64,000 bases of DNA from Chloroflexota bacterium (GTDB lineage Bacteria; Chloroflexota; Anaerolineae; UBA2200). The notes beneath the pieces are model-generated. The model searched no databases, was not told the origin of the DNA, and saw only the letters and a program-made list of their open reading frames with translations. A program made the translations under genes and the position numbers. The stretch lies in the NCBI GenBank assembly GCA_014360755.1, contig JACIWX010000003.1:283678-347677 (forward strand), given 5' to 3'. Below are positions 1 to 11,045 of the stretch, in pieces; positions within the stretch are counted from its first letter, which is position 1, and each line of letters opens with the position of its first letter.

Positions 1-294
1 TTCCAAGGCGGATTTGCCTGTCTGGGGATGGATGTCAACGGGAATGCCTCGCCCATTATCTTCAACAGTTACGGTTGCATCTTTGTGAATTGTAACGATG
101 ATTCGATTGCAAAAACCCGCTAGGGCTTCGTCTATGGAGTTATCCACTACCTCGTAGACCAAATGATGCAGCCCGCGGACATCCGTACTGCCCACGTACA
201 TCCCAGGGCGACGGCGCACCGCTTCCAGCCCTTCCAAAATTTGGATATCTTCTGCCGTATAGGTTGACCCGTTTGCTTTGGTCTTCATCGTCAT
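1..294 (-). CDS. gyrB: DNA gyrase subunit B, N-terminal fragment (gene continues beyond window start)
   Basis: Reverse-complement translation from ATG at 294-292 gives [60 protein letters not shown]..., a classic GyrB ATPase N-terminus. It is absent from the ORF track because the window edge truncates it. Its ATG overlaps the stop of the upstream ORF (ATGA). Confidence 0.8.
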   Translation of the reverse strand, partial: MTMKTKANGSTYTAEDIQILEGLEAVRRRPGMYVGSTDVRGLHHLVYEVVDNSIDEALAGFCNRIIVTIHKDATVTVEDNGRGIPVDIHPQTGKSALE

Positions 295-1286
295 TTTCCT
301 TCCTCCATCCGGGATTGTTGCCAGGCAACAAAGCGATCGCGATAGAAGATGAAACTCGCTACGACCAACCCGGTGCCAACATAAGCATTGCCAATGATGC
401 CCACCGCCGTGCCCATCACATTGGTAGCGAGCATACGCCAGATATACAACAACCCGGTTTGCACAATGTTAATCAGCAAGATGAAGCCAATAGTAGCGAG
501 GAAGTTACGATGCACTACGTTGAAACTGTGCCACAAGGCTCGCACGATCCCTATATCATCCAGAACGATCGCCCGCAAAGTGAAAAATAGAATGATTGCG
601 ATGTACACTCCTACTAGCAATGCACCCCAGGTGAACAAGTTCAAAATTAGCCAAGAGAGCTCCTGGCTGATTAGGCTCAGCAGGGCAGCCAAGATACCCA
701 CCCCACTGGTCATCATCGCTGTCAGCAACAGCATCACGGAAAGCAGCGTCACTACTCTCAACCAGGAGCGCCATGTGGTTTGTAGGACATAAGGTATATC
801 AAGTTCCTCCTCCCGCACTTCCTGAGCGATGAGGGAGAGGCAAAAACAGCTTATAAAGAGGCTGAGCATAGTGAGCAGGATGGCGGTACCTAGCAGCGCT
901 GGCCAGGTTGGGATCTCGATGAGGCGTTGTGCGGCTGCGAACGGCACCGCTTTCGGCGTGAAATTACCGGTTAGGCTGGGTAGACCAAGAAGGCGTAAGG
1001 AGAGAAAAGTTAGAATGTTGGTATGGCTCCCCAGGTTAGTTAGATAAGCCTGAATGAATGCCCATGTTTGCTGGTATTGATCGCCTACATCTGAAGCAGT
1101 GGGCAATGCAACCACCACTTTTTGCACGAGTTCACCAATAGACAGCTTTGGCCCAATCCAGATGCCAATGTCGACCAAAACCGGGATGACAACAAGCCAT
1201 AAACGCCTTGTCACGCGATCAAAACCGGCCGAAAGTGTGTCAATAATGCCCACAGTATGCTTTCCTCCAGAAAACAATTGTAGCAT
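291..1286 (-). CDS. hypothetical polytopic membrane protein
   Basis: 331-aa ORF with multiple hydrophobic segments. Its stop overlaps the gyrB start codon (translational coupling). No recognisable catalytic motif. Confidence 0.45.
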   Translation of the reverse strand: MLQLFSGGKHTVGIIDTLSAGFDRVTRRLWLVVIPVLVDIGIWIGPKLSIGELVQKVVVALPTASDVGDQYQQTWAFIQAYLTNLGSHTNILTFLSLRLLGLPSLTGNFTPKAVPFAAAQRLIEIPTWPALLGTAILLTMLSLFISCFCLSLIAQEVREEELDIPYVLQTTWRSWLRVVTLLSVMLLLTAMMTSGVGILAALLSLISQELSWLILNLFTWGALLVGVYIAIILFFTLRAIVLDDIGIVRALWHSFNVVHRNFLATIGFILLINIVQTGLLYIWRMLATNVMGTAVGIIGNAYVGTGLVVASFIFYRDRFVAWQQSRMEEGK

Positions 1287-1363
1287 AACTCTGCTCTTCT
1301 GAAAAGCCTGCTGCCCCCAATAATATAGAACAAAAGTTCTTTTGTCAAACCAAGGCGGAGGTT

Positions 1364-2227
1364 TTGACCACGCGCCCAGTTGGGACTAAAATAATTATGG
1401 GAAGGAGTGGGATGGGCGTAATTGCGTTGCTCAGCGATTTTGGCACCGCGGATGGCTACGCTGGCGTGATGCACGGCGTGATCCTGCGCATCAATCCCCA
1501 GGCAGTTGTCGTTGATATCTGCCATGATATCCCGCCGCAGGATGTCCATGCCGCTGCTTTTGTGCTTTCGACTGTCTATCCATACTTTCCCTTGGATACA
1601 ATCTATGTGGTTGTGGTAGATCCAGGCGTGGGCAGTGAACGACGCGCATTGGCGGTGCGTACGCCACGAGGCACTTTTGTCGCGCCGGACAATGGCGTGC
1701 TGAGTTATATATTCGCGCGCGAATCCATTGAAGAGATGGTGCATCTCACTAACGCACGCTACTGGCTCTCGCCTCTCAGCGACACGTTTCACGGGCGCGA
1801 TCTTTTTGCTCCTGTGGCAGCGCATCTTTCGTTAGGGGTGCCGTTGCGCGAATTAGGCCATGCGATCCAGGATCCTGTGCGCCTACCTATCGTGGAAGCG
1901 GCCATGCAACAAGATGGAACTATCAGCGGCCAAGTGCTGTACATTGACCGCTTTGGCAATCTTATTACCAATATACCCCGTGGATTGTTGTCACCGAATC
2001 GGAGCTGGCGCATACATATCGCGGACCGTGAGGTGATTGGCTTGGCTAAGGCGTATGCCTCGGCCCCTGACGGTGAGTTGCTGGCGCTGATTGATAGCAG
2101 TGGCTATCTTGAACTCGCTGTGCGCAATGGAAGTGCTGCGGCGATGCTGAAGGTGAATCGCGGTGCTGAGGTTGTTGTAACGCCTATTGTGGACAAAACG
2201 GATGCAAGAAAGGAGGAGTACCGATGA
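1364..2227 (+). CDS. S-adenosyl-L-methionine hydroxide adenosyltransferase family protein (DUF62 / fluorinase-chlorinase fold)
   Basis: N-terminus VIALLSDFGTADGYAGVMHGVIL...DICHDIPPQDV and overall length match the SAM hydroxide adenosyltransferase family. Confidence 0.65.
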   Translation: MTTRPVGTKIIMGRSGMGVIALLSDFGTADGYAGVMHGVILRINPQAVVVDICHDIPPQDVHAAAFVLSTVYPYFPLDTIYVVVVDPGVGSERRALAVRTPRGTFVAPDNGVLSYIFARESIEEMVHLTNARYWLSPLSDTFHGRDLFAPVAAHLSLGVPLRELGHAIQDPVRLPIVEAAMQQDGTISGQVLYIDRFGNLITNIPRGLLSPNRSWRIHIADREVIGLAKAYASAPDGELLALIDSSGYLELAVRNGSAAAMLKVNRGAEVVVTPIVDKTDARKEEYR

Positions 2228-2739
2228 GCAATGTGGTCATTGTCGTAGATATGCTGCGTGGGTTTTTGGAAGAAGGTTACCCGCTTTTCTGTGGTGAGGA
2301 GGCTCGTAAAATCATCCCCTGCGTGCAGCAGTTGCTACAACGTGAGTCGGAGAAGGGGTCGCACATTATTTTCTTGGCTGATACTCATGATCCCGATGAT
2401 AAAGAGTTCGCCATGTTCCCGCCTCACTGTGTGCGTGGCACAGCGGAATGCGAAGTTATCCCTGAATTAGCCAAGTTTCAAGGGGAGGTCATTCCCAAGC
2501 GACGTTACAGTGGCTTTTACGACACGGTTTTGGAGGAAAGGCTGGAAGAACTCCAACCGGAAAAGATTATCGTGGTGGGTGTGTGCACGGATATTTGTGT
2601 AATGCACACAGTGGCTGATGCGCGAAACCGCGATTATGTTGTCGAGGTGCCGCGCGATTGCGTGGCTAGCTTTGATCCCGAAGCCCATGCTTTTGCGTTG
2701 AAACATATGGAAAAGATCTTAGGCGCCAAAGTGGTCTAA
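2224..2739 (+). CDS. isochorismatase-family cysteine hydrolase, nicotinamidase-like
   Basis: 171 aa. VVDMLRGF...IIFLADTHDPDD...VVGVCTDICV is an isochorismatase-fold hydrolase with the catalytic Cys in the VCTDICV motif. It overlaps the upstream gene by 4 nt and precedes a nicotinate phosphoribosyltransferase-family gene, so a PncA-like role is inferred. Confidence 0.6.
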   Translation: MSNVVIVVDMLRGFLEEGYPLFCGEEARKIIPCVQQLLQRESEKGSHIIFLADTHDPDDKEFAMFPPHCVRGTAECEVIPELAKFQGEVIPKRRYSGFYDTVLEERLEELQPEKIIVVGVCTDICVMHTVADARNRDYVVEVPRDCVASFDPEAHAFALKHMEKILGAKVV

Positions 2740-2880
2740 CGGCTAGTTAGGCCATGCATGACAGAAGGCTTGTAGTGGTGGGGTATATTACAACAAAGCT
2801 GGTGTCACGGCGTCACTGCAAGCCTTGCTTGTCATATTGACAGTACTTGTGTCCATTTCATAGTTGAGGAGCAATCAAAT

Positions 2881-3897
2881 ATGCGGAATCCCAAAATCAA
2901 TGAGGCAATCCTTTCTGGATACACTGCGGATATTTACTTTTCCCGTACCCAAGCGATCCTGCGCGCTGAAGGGCTGGATCCAGTAGTCACTATGGAGATT
3001 TTCCCCAATGGAGATGGCATCCTATGTGGGATCAATGAAGCGCTCGATCTCCTCGCGCAAGTATTGCCAGATGAAAGTGAAGTGTGGGCACTGGCTGAAG
3101 GTGAACCTATGTCAGCTAAGGAAGTCGTGTTGCGCATCACGGCCCCCTATTCACGGTTTGGGCTATACGAGACAGCGATACTGGGGATGTTAGCGCAGAC
3201 CAGTGGCTGGGCGACAGCAGCGCGGGCTTGCGTGGAAGCGGCGGAGGGCATTCCGGTGATTAGTTTTGGGGCGCGGCACGTGCATCCAAGCGTGGCCGGG
3301 CGACTGGAATATGCCGCTATTGTTGGTGGCTGTGCAGGCTGCGCGACGCCTGCTGGCGCTGACTTGGCGGGGTTGGAAGCCACTGGGACAATTCCTCACG
3401 CGATGATCCTGATCTTTGGCGATACCGTCAAGGCAACAGAGGCTTTTGACCGTCACATGCCGCCTGAAGTTCGCCGTGTGGCATTGGTAGATACTTTCAA
3501 AGACGAATGTGAGGAAAGCCTGCGTGTCGCTGCAGCCCTGGGACGCAAGTTGTGGGGGGTTAGACTAGATACACCGCCAGAGCGTGGGCGTGTAACTCCG
3601 GAATTGGTCAAAGAGTTGCGTGCACGACTGGATCAAGCGGGATATACTTGGGTCAAAATTGTGGTGAGCGGCGGAGTGGATGCAGCACGCATTCGTCTGT
3701 TTCGCGAGCAAAAAGCGCCTGTGGACGTATTCGGCGTAGGCAGTGCCATCAGCAGCGCTCCGCCTATTGACTTTACCGGTGATCTAAAGGTGGTCGCAGG
3801 CAAGCCTATTGCTAAGCGAGGTCGCATTCCTGGGATTACACCCAATCCTCGCCTGCAGCGCATTGATTTGACAGCAATCAAAAAGGCAGCTCGCTAA
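2881..3897 (+). CDS. nicotinate phosphoribosyltransferase family protein
   Basis: 338 aa. The N-terminus (NEAILSGYTADIYFSRTQAILRAEGLDPVVTMEIF) and the GxxGxGT region are typical of the NAPRTase/PncB family. It is shorter than the E. coli enzyme. Confidence 0.55.
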   Translation: MRNPKINEAILSGYTADIYFSRTQAILRAEGLDPVVTMEIFPNGDGILCGINEALDLLAQVLPDESEVWALAEGEPMSAKEVVLRITAPYSRFGLYETAILGMLAQTSGWATAARACVEAAEGIPVISFGARHVHPSVAGRLEYAAIVGGCAGCATPAGADLAGLEATGTIPHAMILIFGDTVKATEAFDRHMPPEVRRVALVDTFKDECEESLRVAAALGRKLWGVRLDTPPERGRVTPELVKELRARLDQAGYTWVKIVVSGGVDAARIRLFREQKAPVDVFGVGSAISSAPPIDFTGDLKVVAGKPIAKRGRIPGITPNPRLQRIDLTAIKKAAR

Positions 3898-3963
3898 TGC
3901 CGAATGCGTGCTGACAAATTGGTTTATGAGCGGCGCTGCTCTAGTAGTACATCGGAAGCAGGG

Positions 3964-4407
3964 CTAGAAATCGCTGGCGTCTTCCTCAAAATCAAGCCCG
4001 GTCTCAATTTCCTCCTCTTCGGCGTGCTCTTCCAATTCCTCGATTTCTTCTCCTTCTTCCTCCGCTAATTCGGTGGTAGGGATGATCTCCAGTGGTACCG
4101 CTGGTTTCCGGTTGAGTTGAGCGTATAACTCTGCCAACCTTTTTCTGGCAATGTTATTGGATGGTTGGCGTTGCAACGCTTCCTCGTATGCTGCTACCGC
4201 TTCCTCATAACGTCCCAATTCAACATATGCCTTGCCCAGTCGGTTACGAGCCTGGATGTCATCTGGAAACATTTGGAGCACCTGCAAATTGGCTTGGACT
4301 GCCTCATCCCACTTTCCCATGAGCGCTGCTTGCACTGCGCGCGCCGTCCATTGTTTGCGAAGTTCCTCTTTTATCTGATATTTCGAAACATTCAAGTCCA
4401 TATGCAT
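3964..4407 (-). CDS. TPR-repeat protein with acidic C-terminal tail
   Basis: 147 aa. It shows a tetratricopeptide-like repeat pattern (AxxAY..LG.YEEA) and an EEEGEEIEELEEHAEEEE tail. Confidence 0.5.
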   Translation of the reverse strand: MHMDLNVSKYQIKEELRKQWTARAVQAALMGKWDEAVQANLQVLQMFPDDIQARNRLGKAYVELGRYEEAVAAYEEALQRQPSNNIARKRLAELYAQLNRKPAVPLEIIPTTELAEEEGEEIEELEEHAEEEEIETGLDFEEDASDF

Positions 4408-4561
4408 CTCCTGTCATGAAGCTGAATGGATTATCATTGTAACCACTTCTCCCATTTTGGCAAGAATGCGTATTCTGGTCAACGCGCATGTCGGTCGTGC
4501 TATGCATTTGACGCAAAATGTGGTATAGTAGAATTATCGTGTTACGGAGGCTGTTTTGCGT

Positions 4562-7009
4562 ATGATGGACGATTGGGAACTTGGACCATTTCCAACCAAG
4601 CTCTTGTTAGATGATAGCATGGAACCAGAAGCGTTGCCCTTGCTGCCCGTACGGGATACCGTGCTGTTTCCCTATGTGGCAGCACCTCTCTTTATCAGCC
4701 GCGACCGCTCCATGAAAGCGGTGGAAGCAGCAGTATCTGGCGACCAGCGCATTGCCGTTTTCACCCAGCGAGATCCCGAGGTGCAGGATCCCGGCATTGA
4801 CGATCTTTACGAGTTTGGAACAGAGGCAGTGATCGGCCGTGTCTGGCGTATGCCGGACCAAACAACGAGCGTTTTTGTCCATGGGCGAAGACGCTTGCGC
4901 CTTTTGAATCTGGTCAAGACGGAGCCGTATCTGGTCGCGCAGGTGCAACCGGTGGTTAAGAATGTGGAACCTTCCATCACTGCCGAGGCACGCATGCGCG
5001 CCGTGTTGACTCTGTTCGAGAAGGTAGTGCGGTTGAGCCGTAATATCCCGGATGATGCTTTTGTCATGGCCATGAACGTCAATGATCCCAACTGGCTGGC
5101 TGACTTGGTGGCTTCCAACCTTAATCTGGATGTGGCGACCCGGCAGGAGCTCTTGGAGATCGTTGATCCATTGGCAAGACTGGAGAAAATCAGTGTGCTG
5201 CTGGCGAAGGAACTGGATGTGCTAGAGCTGGAGAGCCGCATCCATTCGCAAGTGCAGCAAGAGGTGGACAAGAGCCAGCGCGAATATTTCCTGCGTGAGC
5301 AGATGCGGGTTATCCAGAGCGAGTTGGGCGAGACGGATCCTTTGGCGCGTGAGATCAACGAATTGCAAGAGAGGATCGCGGCAGCCAAAATGCCCGACGA
5401 AGTCCGCGAGAGGGCAGAAAAGGAGCTGGGCCGCCTGGCAAGTATGCCCTCTGTCGCTCCAGAAGCGAGCATTATCCGCACCTACATTGACTGGTTGCTT
5501 GATCTGCCTTGGAGTGAATGTACGGAAGATAACCTGGATATTGCCCATGTCAGCAAGGTGCTTAATAAAAATCATTACGGATTGAATAAAGCCAAAGAGC
5601 GCATCTTGGAGTATATCGCTGTGCGCAAGCTCGCCCCGGAGAAGATGGGCACGACCATTCTGTGCTTCGTAGGGCCACCGGGAACGGGCAAAACCTCCCT
5701 GGGCAAGTCCATTGCCGAAGCACTGGGGCGCAATTTCGTGCGGGTGAGCCTGGGTGGAATCCGCGATGAAGCGGAGATCCGTGGCCACCGTCGTACCTAC
5801 ATCGGCGCACTGCCAGGCCGCATCATACAAACCATGCGCCGCGCAGGCACCATCAACCCTGTTTTCATGTTGGACGAAATAGACAAGTTGGGGGTTGATT
5901 TCCGTGGCGACCCTTCAGCGGCGCTGCTGGAAGTCCTGGACCCAGAGCAGAATTACGCTTTCTCCGATCACTACCTGGAAGTGCCCTACAACCTATCCAA
6001 AGTGATGTTCATTACCACGGCGAACATCCTCGATCCCATCCCACCTGCTTTGCGCGACCGCCTGGAAGTGATTGAATTTCCAGGGTATATCGAAGAGGAG
6101 AAAATTGAGATTGCCAGGCAGTTCCTCGTGCCGCGCCAGCTTGAGCAACACGGATTAACGGGCCTTCATTTCCCTCGCGAGACGCTGCGGCGCATTATTC
6201 GGGAATACACTTTCGAGGCTGGCGTGCGCAATCTTGAACGTGGGATTGCGACCATCTGCCGCAAAGTGACACGGCGCGTCGCCGAAGGCAAACAGCCACC
6301 GCGCTATATTCTGCCCCAGAGCCTGCACAAATATCTAGGCCCACCGGAGTTTCTCTTTAGCGAGGCGGAGAAAGCAGACGAAGTAGGCGTGGCCACTGGC
6401 CTTTCCTGGACGGAAGCGGGGGGAGATACCATGGCTATCGAAGTAACCGTGATGCCTGGCAAAGGCAACCTCCTGCTTACTGGCCAGTTGGGAGAAGTGA
6501 TGCAGGAATCTGCCCAGGCAGCCTTGAGTTACGCGCGGGCACATGCCCAGGAATTGGGCATCAAAAACGTTGACTTTGACAAAGTGGATATCCACGTCCA
6601 TGTGCCTGAAGGCGCCATCCCTAAAGACGGTCCATCTGCCGGCATCACCATCGCTATAGCGATGATCTCAGCCCTAACGCGGCGGCCAGTCCACCGTGAA
6701 GTCGCCATGACCGGCGAGATCACCCTGCGGGGCCATGTGCTGCCCATCGGTGGCCTAAGGGAGAAGGTGCTCGCTGCCTATCGCGCGGGATTGAAGACCG
6801 TGCTCCTGCCTAAGAAGAATCGCAAAGACCTGGTGGATATCCCGCGCAAAGTACAACGAGGGCTTAACTTTGTCTTTGTAGAACATATGGAAGAGGTGGT
6901 GCCGATCGCATTGGTATCTCCTGAGCAGAAGCAAAAGCGAAAACAGGCTCCTTCAGCCAAGAATAGGCGGAGTGTGGAAAGACATGAACAAGGGATTAAA
7001 CCATCGTAA
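4562..7009 (+). CDS. lon: ATP-dependent Lon protease (LonA)
   Basis: Lon N-domain ([13 protein letters not shown]), AAA+ Walker A (GPPGTGKTS) and protease Ser motif (DGPSAGIT). ATG at 4562 is preferred over the TTG ORF start at 4556; GGAGG lies at 4546-4550. Confidence 0.9.
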   Translation: MMDDWELGPFPTKLLLDDSMEPEALPLLPVRDTVLFPYVAAPLFISRDRSMKAVEAAVSGDQRIAVFTQRDPEVQDPGIDDLYEFGTEAVIGRVWRMPDQTTSVFVHGRRRLRLLNLVKTEPYLVAQVQPVVKNVEPSITAEARMRAVLTLFEKVVRLSRNIPDDAFVMAMNVNDPNWLADLVASNLNLDVATRQELLEIVDPLARLEKISVLLAKELDVLELESRIHSQVQQEVDKSQREYFLREQMRVIQSELGETDPLAREINELQERIAAAKMPDEVRERAEKELGRLASMPSVAPEASIIRTYIDWLLDLPWSECTEDNLDIAHVSKVLNKNHYGLNKAKERILEYIAVRKLAPEKMGTTILCFVGPPGTGKTSLGKSIAEALGRNFVRVSLGGIRDEAEIRGHRRTYIGALPGRIIQTMRRAGTINPVFMLDEIDKLGVDFRGDPSAALLEVLDPEQNYAFSDHYLEVPYNLSKVMFITTANILDPIPPALRDRLEVIEFPGYIEEEKIEIARQFLVPRQLEQHGLTGLHFPRETLRRIIREYTFEAGVRNLERGIATICRKVTRRVAEGKQPPRYILPQSLHKYLGPPEFLFSEAEKADEVGVATGLSWTEAGGDTMAIEVTVMPGKGNLLLTGQLGEVMQESAQAALSYARAHAQELGIKNVDFDKVDIHVHVPEGAIPKDGPSAGITIAIAMISALTRRPVHREVAMTGEITLRGHVLPIGGLREKVLAAYRAGLKTVLLPKKNRKDLVDIPRKVQRGLNFVFVEHMEEVVPIALVSPEQKQKRKQAPSAKNRRSVERHEQGIKPS

Positions 7010-8084
7010 TCGCTTGCCCAGGGCCTCTCTTTTCGCTGCTCGGCTAGCCTGCGCGGCGATGCTTCCTCTGCTATTGCTGCTGACCGCCTGCAGCACTACG
7101 CCGACGCCAACCCCGCCAGCAAAGACGATTAGTTTCTCTGAGGACATATTTGCCAGAGGCTTCCTGCCTGGCAAGACCTATTTGGACATCAAACGAGAGG
7201 ACACTGACTCCGATGGCCAATTGGAATGGGTTGTCTTTTACCGTTTTGACCAGGTGGGCGGGGGTGGGCCAGTAGCCGCCTTGATTTACGATGTTGTGCT
7301 TGACCCTGAATCACAATTGCCCATTGTCTATCCCTACAAATTGCGCACACCCGACCAGAACTACCTGGCACAGGACATACCAGAGCTCTCTTTGGTGGAT
7401 ATTATGAAAGAAGATGGCCACACGCGCAAAGAACTGGTCTTTAGCACGGATAGTGAGTTGGTCTTTTTCCGCCTCACCCGTGATCCGTCTGGTCCGCCTG
7501 TGGACAATCCCCCCTTGTACCATTGCATCGGGTTTTTCCGCAGCGATGGCGGGGTGCATTTCAATCCCGAAAATAGCCGGGTCACGGTTACCAGCCGTGC
7601 TGGTTATGAGCGCAGCCAGCTGGTTACCAGGCGGGAGTTTGAGCCGATTGCTGATGGCTATTTCCTGACCAATACCACAACCCTGGTCTCGCCCGTTGAA
7701 TCCCGGGTGGATTTCCCAGAGGGCATCCCATCCACTATTCTGGATACCCCATATCCTGAGAAAATTGTCCTCGCCTTCTACCAGACGCTCGGCAAATCCG
7801 ATGCGAAGCCAAGCCTTTACGAATATCTGAGCACTCAGGCAGCCACAGAGCTGATGCAGGGCAAATTGAGGTACGGGTCGCCGCTCCCCTTCACGCAAAT
7901 ACAGCGTGCTATTGTCCAAGAGCTCAGTTATTACCCTACCCAAGAAGACTCCACGTCCGCTCTCGTGATTGCCAAGGTCATTTTCCAGCCAAAGGAAGGC
8001 GCGCCCAGTTCTCTGATTGAGGTGCGCTGGAGGCTGATCCGGGTAGGGACCCAGTGGAAGATGGACTATGCCGAACCCGGATGA
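6972..8084 (+). CDS. hypothetical lipoprotein
   Basis: Signal peptide with lipobox (LLLLLTAC) followed by a Thr/Pro linker. The start is uncertain because the ORF overlaps the lon 3' end. Confidence 0.5.
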   Translation: MWKDMNKGLNHRNRLPRASLFAARLACAAMLPLLLLLTACSTTPTPTPPAKTISFSEDIFARGFLPGKTYLDIKREDTDSDGQLEWVVFYRFDQVGGGGPVAALIYDVVLDPESQLPIVYPYKLRTPDQNYLAQDIPELSLVDIMKEDGHTRKELVFSTDSELVFFRLTRDPSGPPVDNPPLYHCIGFFRSDGGVHFNPENSRVTVTSRAGYERSQLVTRREFEPIADGYFLTNTTTLVSPVESRVDFPEGIPSTILDTPYPEKIVLAFYQTLGKSDAKPSLYEYLSTQAATELMQGKLRYGSPLPFTQIQRAIVQELSYYPTQEDSTSALVIAKVIFQPKEGAPSSLIEVRWRLIRVGTQWKMDYAEPG

Positions 8085-8644
8085 CTTGCCCCACAGTAAG
8101 AGGTAGCCTCGTAGAAGCAAAGCAACGTACTGCCGTATTTGCGCTGATCGGTTAGGATCAGTTGGCGCAGTTCCAGTGGTTCGTATTCTTTGGGGTGAAT
8201 CTGAGCGATCACCAGCGTTCCCGGTATCAGCAACGTGGAACCATCCAATGCACGGAGGGTTTTCGCCCAGAGACCTTGGTATTGAGGCGGAGCAACATAG
8301 ATGATGTCAAAAGGCTCGCCTTCATAACCAGCGATGAATTTGAATACATCACGACGCACCACCTGGGCGCGACTGGCCAATTGCGTGGTGCTCAGATTGC
8401 GGCGAAGGGTAGCTAGGGCGCGTTCATCGCGCTCTACAAAAATTGCCTTATGGGCTCCACGGCTCAGTGCTTCAATACCTACTCCGCCTGTGCCGGCGAA
8501 TAAATCGAGAAATCGCGCCCCTTGTACGCGCCCTGCCAGGATATCGAACAGGGCCTCTTTCACCCTATCCGTGATAGGGCGTGTAGTTTGTCCCGGCACA
8601 GAGAAAAGCCGTCGGCCCTTCGCCTCTCCCCCGATGACTCTCAT
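8066..8644 (-). CDS. rsmD: 16S rRNA (guanine966-N2)-methyltransferase RsmD
   Basis: MRVIGGEAKGRRL...LDLFAGTGGVGIEALSRGA...VYVAPPQY are RsmD family motifs. Confidence 0.8.
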   Translation of the reverse strand: MRVIGGEAKGRRLFSVPGQTTRPITDRVKEALFDILAGRVQGARFLDLFAGTGGVGIEALSRGAHKAIFVERDERALATLRRNLSTTQLASRAQVVRRDVFKFIAGYEGEPFDIIYVAPPQYQGLWAKTLRALDGSTLLIPGTLVIAQIHPKEYEPLELRQLILTDQRKYGSTLLCFYEATSYCGASHPGSA

Positions 8645-9324
8645 TGCTGCTCATCCACAAAGCGCAGATAGCGCCCTGGGGTTGCTGCCATGTTTTGGTA
8701 AACTCCTCGGTACTCTGGCGGAAGCAATGCTGCAATCTGGTACATGATCGCATCGGCTATCTCTTGTCGCACCTCGTGGGTAATCTTCATATCTCCAGGA
8801 TCCAGGTAAAACCCACGGCCTGTTACTACATGGACCTCAGTGCGGCGCAAATGGCGCAGGTTCTTGAAAAACTGTTCCTGACCATAGACAGCCATGGGCA
8901 GGATCAACGCGTCAGGCGCGCGCAAGGCGAGCAATACAATGCCGGAACGCGCCTGCTGCAGGCGACCGTGATGGCTGCGTGTGCCCTCCGGTGCAAGCCC
9001 TAGCACCCCGCCTTCCTGCAGCGTTTGAAGCGCGTGGCGCATGGCATGGAGATCTAATTCACCGCGCCGCACCGGGATGGTGCCCCAAGATTTGGCGATG
9101 AGCCTGGTGAGCGGGTTAGCCCAGAGTTCATGTTTGGCTAGGCCGATGACCGGGCGAGGCGATATCGCGTAGATCAGCAAGGGGTCAATAAAGTTGATGT
9201 GGTTAACGGCTAGAATAACCGGGCCGCTGCGAGGGATACGTTCCAACCCCTCAGCCTTTACCTTGAGCAAAATCTTTGTTGCCAACCAGATGACCTTGAC
9301 CGAAATCCAACGGATTGCTCTCAT
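8641..9324 (-). CDS. 1-acyl-sn-glycerol-3-phosphate acyltransferase (PlsC family)
   Basis: NHxxxxD acyltransferase motif (AVNHINFIDP) and a PEGTRS motif. Confidence 0.7.
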   Translation of the reverse strand: MRAIRWISVKVIWLATKILLKVKAEGLERIPRSGPVILAVNHINFIDPLLIYAISPRPVIGLAKHELWANPLTRLIAKSWGTIPVRRGELDLHAMRHALQTLQEGGVLGLAPEGTRSHHGRLQQARSGIVLLALRAPDALILPMAVYGQEQFFKNLRHLRRTEVHVVTGRGFYLDPGDMKITHEVRQEIADAIMYQIAALLPPEYRGVYQNMAATPGRYLRFVDEQQ

Positions 9325-9333
9325 CGCGTTCCT

Positions 9334-10218
9334 CTACTTCGTACTATCCACGCGTTGCCAGAGGGCAGTAAAGGGTTTCTTGCGCCATTTGACATCCCAC
9401 CACACGCGCAGCCAGACGTGCGTTCTAGCTGCGAAGAGGAGCAATGTCCACCACAGTTCACGGCAGTTACGCGCATAGCGCAGAGCACTCCAAACTCCCG
9501 CGACTGCTTCGCGGCGAAACGACCTCATCCCTCTCGCATTCTGGACATACCCTTGTGCATAACCGCCCATGGAGCGGATTTTCTGCTTCATCCAATCCTG
9601 GTACGTGGTTGGATATTTGACATAAACTATCGCGTCGGGGGCATAGGCAGTGCGCCAGCCTTGCTCCCAGATATGGTGGGAGATAAAGCCATCCTCTGCC
9701 AAAGAATCCACGGGGATTGCTTTTACCAATGCGCGGCGGAACGCATACAGGTATCCCGAACACTCCAGGAATTCCCCACGGTTAGCCCGCAGCATTCTCT
9801 GGCGGTGTGCTCCTGCATCGACCAACAGATGAGACCAATAGCCCAGCATGGTATGACGAGGATTGAGTGAAACCGGTCGGCCACTCACGATGCCTACCTT
9901 GGGATCGGTGAATGCGGACAGGAGCGCACGCACAGCCCCAGGGGCAACGTAGACATCACCATCGCTCAGGATGACGATCTCCCCTTTGGCTGCGCTGAGG
10001 GCTAGGTTCAATGCAGCCGGTTTGCCTTGGGCTTGGTCGCGCAGGCATCGCACGTGCTCGTTTCGCGCGGCGTATTCCGCCACTACATCGGCTGTTCCTT
10101 CGTCTGGACAGACCACCAATAGTTCGTAATCGCTGGGCAAATTCTGCGCAAGGAAAGATTCAATAGCCCGGCCGATGGTCTTTTCTTCGCGATAGGCAGT
10201 GATAATAATGGTGAGCAT
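9334..10218 (-). CDS. family 2 glycosyltransferase
   Basis: MLTIIITAYREEKTIGRAIESFLAQ... together with the DxD region (SDGDVYV) indicate a GT2 fold. Confidence 0.7.
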   Translation of the reverse strand: MLTIIITAYREEKTIGRAIESFLAQNLPSDYELLVVCPDEGTADVVAEYAARNEHVRCLRDQAQGKPAALNLALSAAKGEIVILSDGDVYVAPGAVRALLSAFTDPKVGIVSGRPVSLNPRHTMLGYWSHLLVDAGAHRQRMLRANRGEFLECSGYLYAFRRALVKAIPVDSLAEDGFISHHIWEQGWRTAYAPDAIVYVKYPTTYQDWMKQKIRSMGGYAQGYVQNARGMRSFRREAVAGVWSALRYARNCRELWWTLLLFAARTHVWLRVWWDVKWRKKPFTALWQRVDSTK

Positions 10219-10333
10219 TCCATCCTCTGTCCTACTTTGGTGGGTAGTTTAGCATACAACTGCAGTAATACCAAGTACAGAGGGGGTGAAATATTGGCGC
10301 TGCAGCCAGCCGTGGGTATAATCGAGTGGGTCA

Positions 10334-10990
10334 ATGATGATGGACAAACGCGCCCTTTTTGCACGCCTGAAAGTGGAAAGGATGCACATCGCCCCTCGTG
10401 CGCTGGAGTTGTCACCAATTGAAGTACAGCGCCGGTTTCCCCATGCCTGGGCACCGCTTGAGGAATTGTTAAAGCGGTTGCGTGCTTTCCCCGCTGGCTT
10501 GGTGCATTTCTGGTTAGAGCAGCCTGGTGGCCATGTCGTGCTCACGCATTTGCCTTCGCGCTATGTGTTTGGGGAGCAGAGGCTCAAGAGACATCTATTG
10601 CGCCATGTCGCCTATGTGAGGCTGTCTGATTTGGCAGACGGCTCGCTGGAAGCGTTGGTACCCATAGGGCATTTACTCGATCATTTGCTGAGCACTGCAG
10701 GAACTGCAGGAGGTGAAGAAGGGCTGTGGTTTTCCGAAGGAGGAGGCATGAACCGCACCTTGCAGGGGCTTGGCGCGAGTATCGTTGCATTATTCGCCCT
10801 GGGATACGGCTTTGACACCGAGGCTTGCCGGGATGTCCGCTCCTACTTTGCCCGTTCCTTTGCTCTCTATCTGCATGACCGGCGCGCTTTGAACGTGGCT
10901 GACCCTCAGATGGAAAAGTTGCTCAGAACAACCCTATTCGCGGAGGCTTTCTGGAGCCGACTGCAGGAAAAGTCTGCTGATCAGCCATAG
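10334..10990 (+). CDS. hypothetical protein
   Basis: 218-aa ORF with a clean frame. No recognisable motif. Confidence 0.35.
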   Translation: MMMDKRALFARLKVERMHIAPRALELSPIEVQRRFPHAWAPLEELLKRLRAFPAGLVHFWLEQPGGHVVLTHLPSRYVFGEQRLKRHLLRHVAYVRLSDLADGSLEALVPIGHLLDHLLSTAGTAGGEEGLWFSEGGGMNRTLQGLGASIVALFALGYGFDTEACRDVRSYFARSFALYLHDRRALNVADPQMEKLLRTTLFAEAFWSRLQEKSADQP

Positions 10991-11045
10991 TCCGCTGCAC
11001 GCTGTTCTATCAACCGTTCACAAGCAGTGGCCGTCTTAACGGGCA

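Noticed and set aside
140-590. ORF-track calls 140-331(-) and 264-590(+).
   Set aside because: They overlap the genuine gyrB N-terminus and membrane-protein gene in other frames. The translations are low-complexity with no RBS.
2740-2880. Imperfect inverted repeat GACAGAAGGCTTG ... CAAGCCTTGCTTGTC and direct repeat GTCAC-GGC-GTCAC upstream of the NAPRTase-family gene (possible riboswitch or operator).
   Set aside because: No match to any riboswitch consensus I can recall. The repeat is imperfect, so it is too weak to call without comparative data.
4507-4534. Candidate lon promoter TTGACG ... TATAGT / TAGAAT, and search for a CIRCE heat-shock element.
   Set aside because: Spacing to either -10 candidate is non-optimal (10 or 15 bp). 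No TTAGCACTC-N9-GAGTGCTAA CIRCE is present.
4807-5830. Long antisense ORFs inside lon (4807-5481, 5222-5830). Similar antisense or out-of-frame ORFs occur inside thrS, alaS, fhs, cooS, acsB and acsC, and at 7311-8120 and 31935-32690.
   Set aside because: They are fully embedded in strongly supported genes on the opposite strand or frame. High-GC third-position bias generates long spurious open frames.
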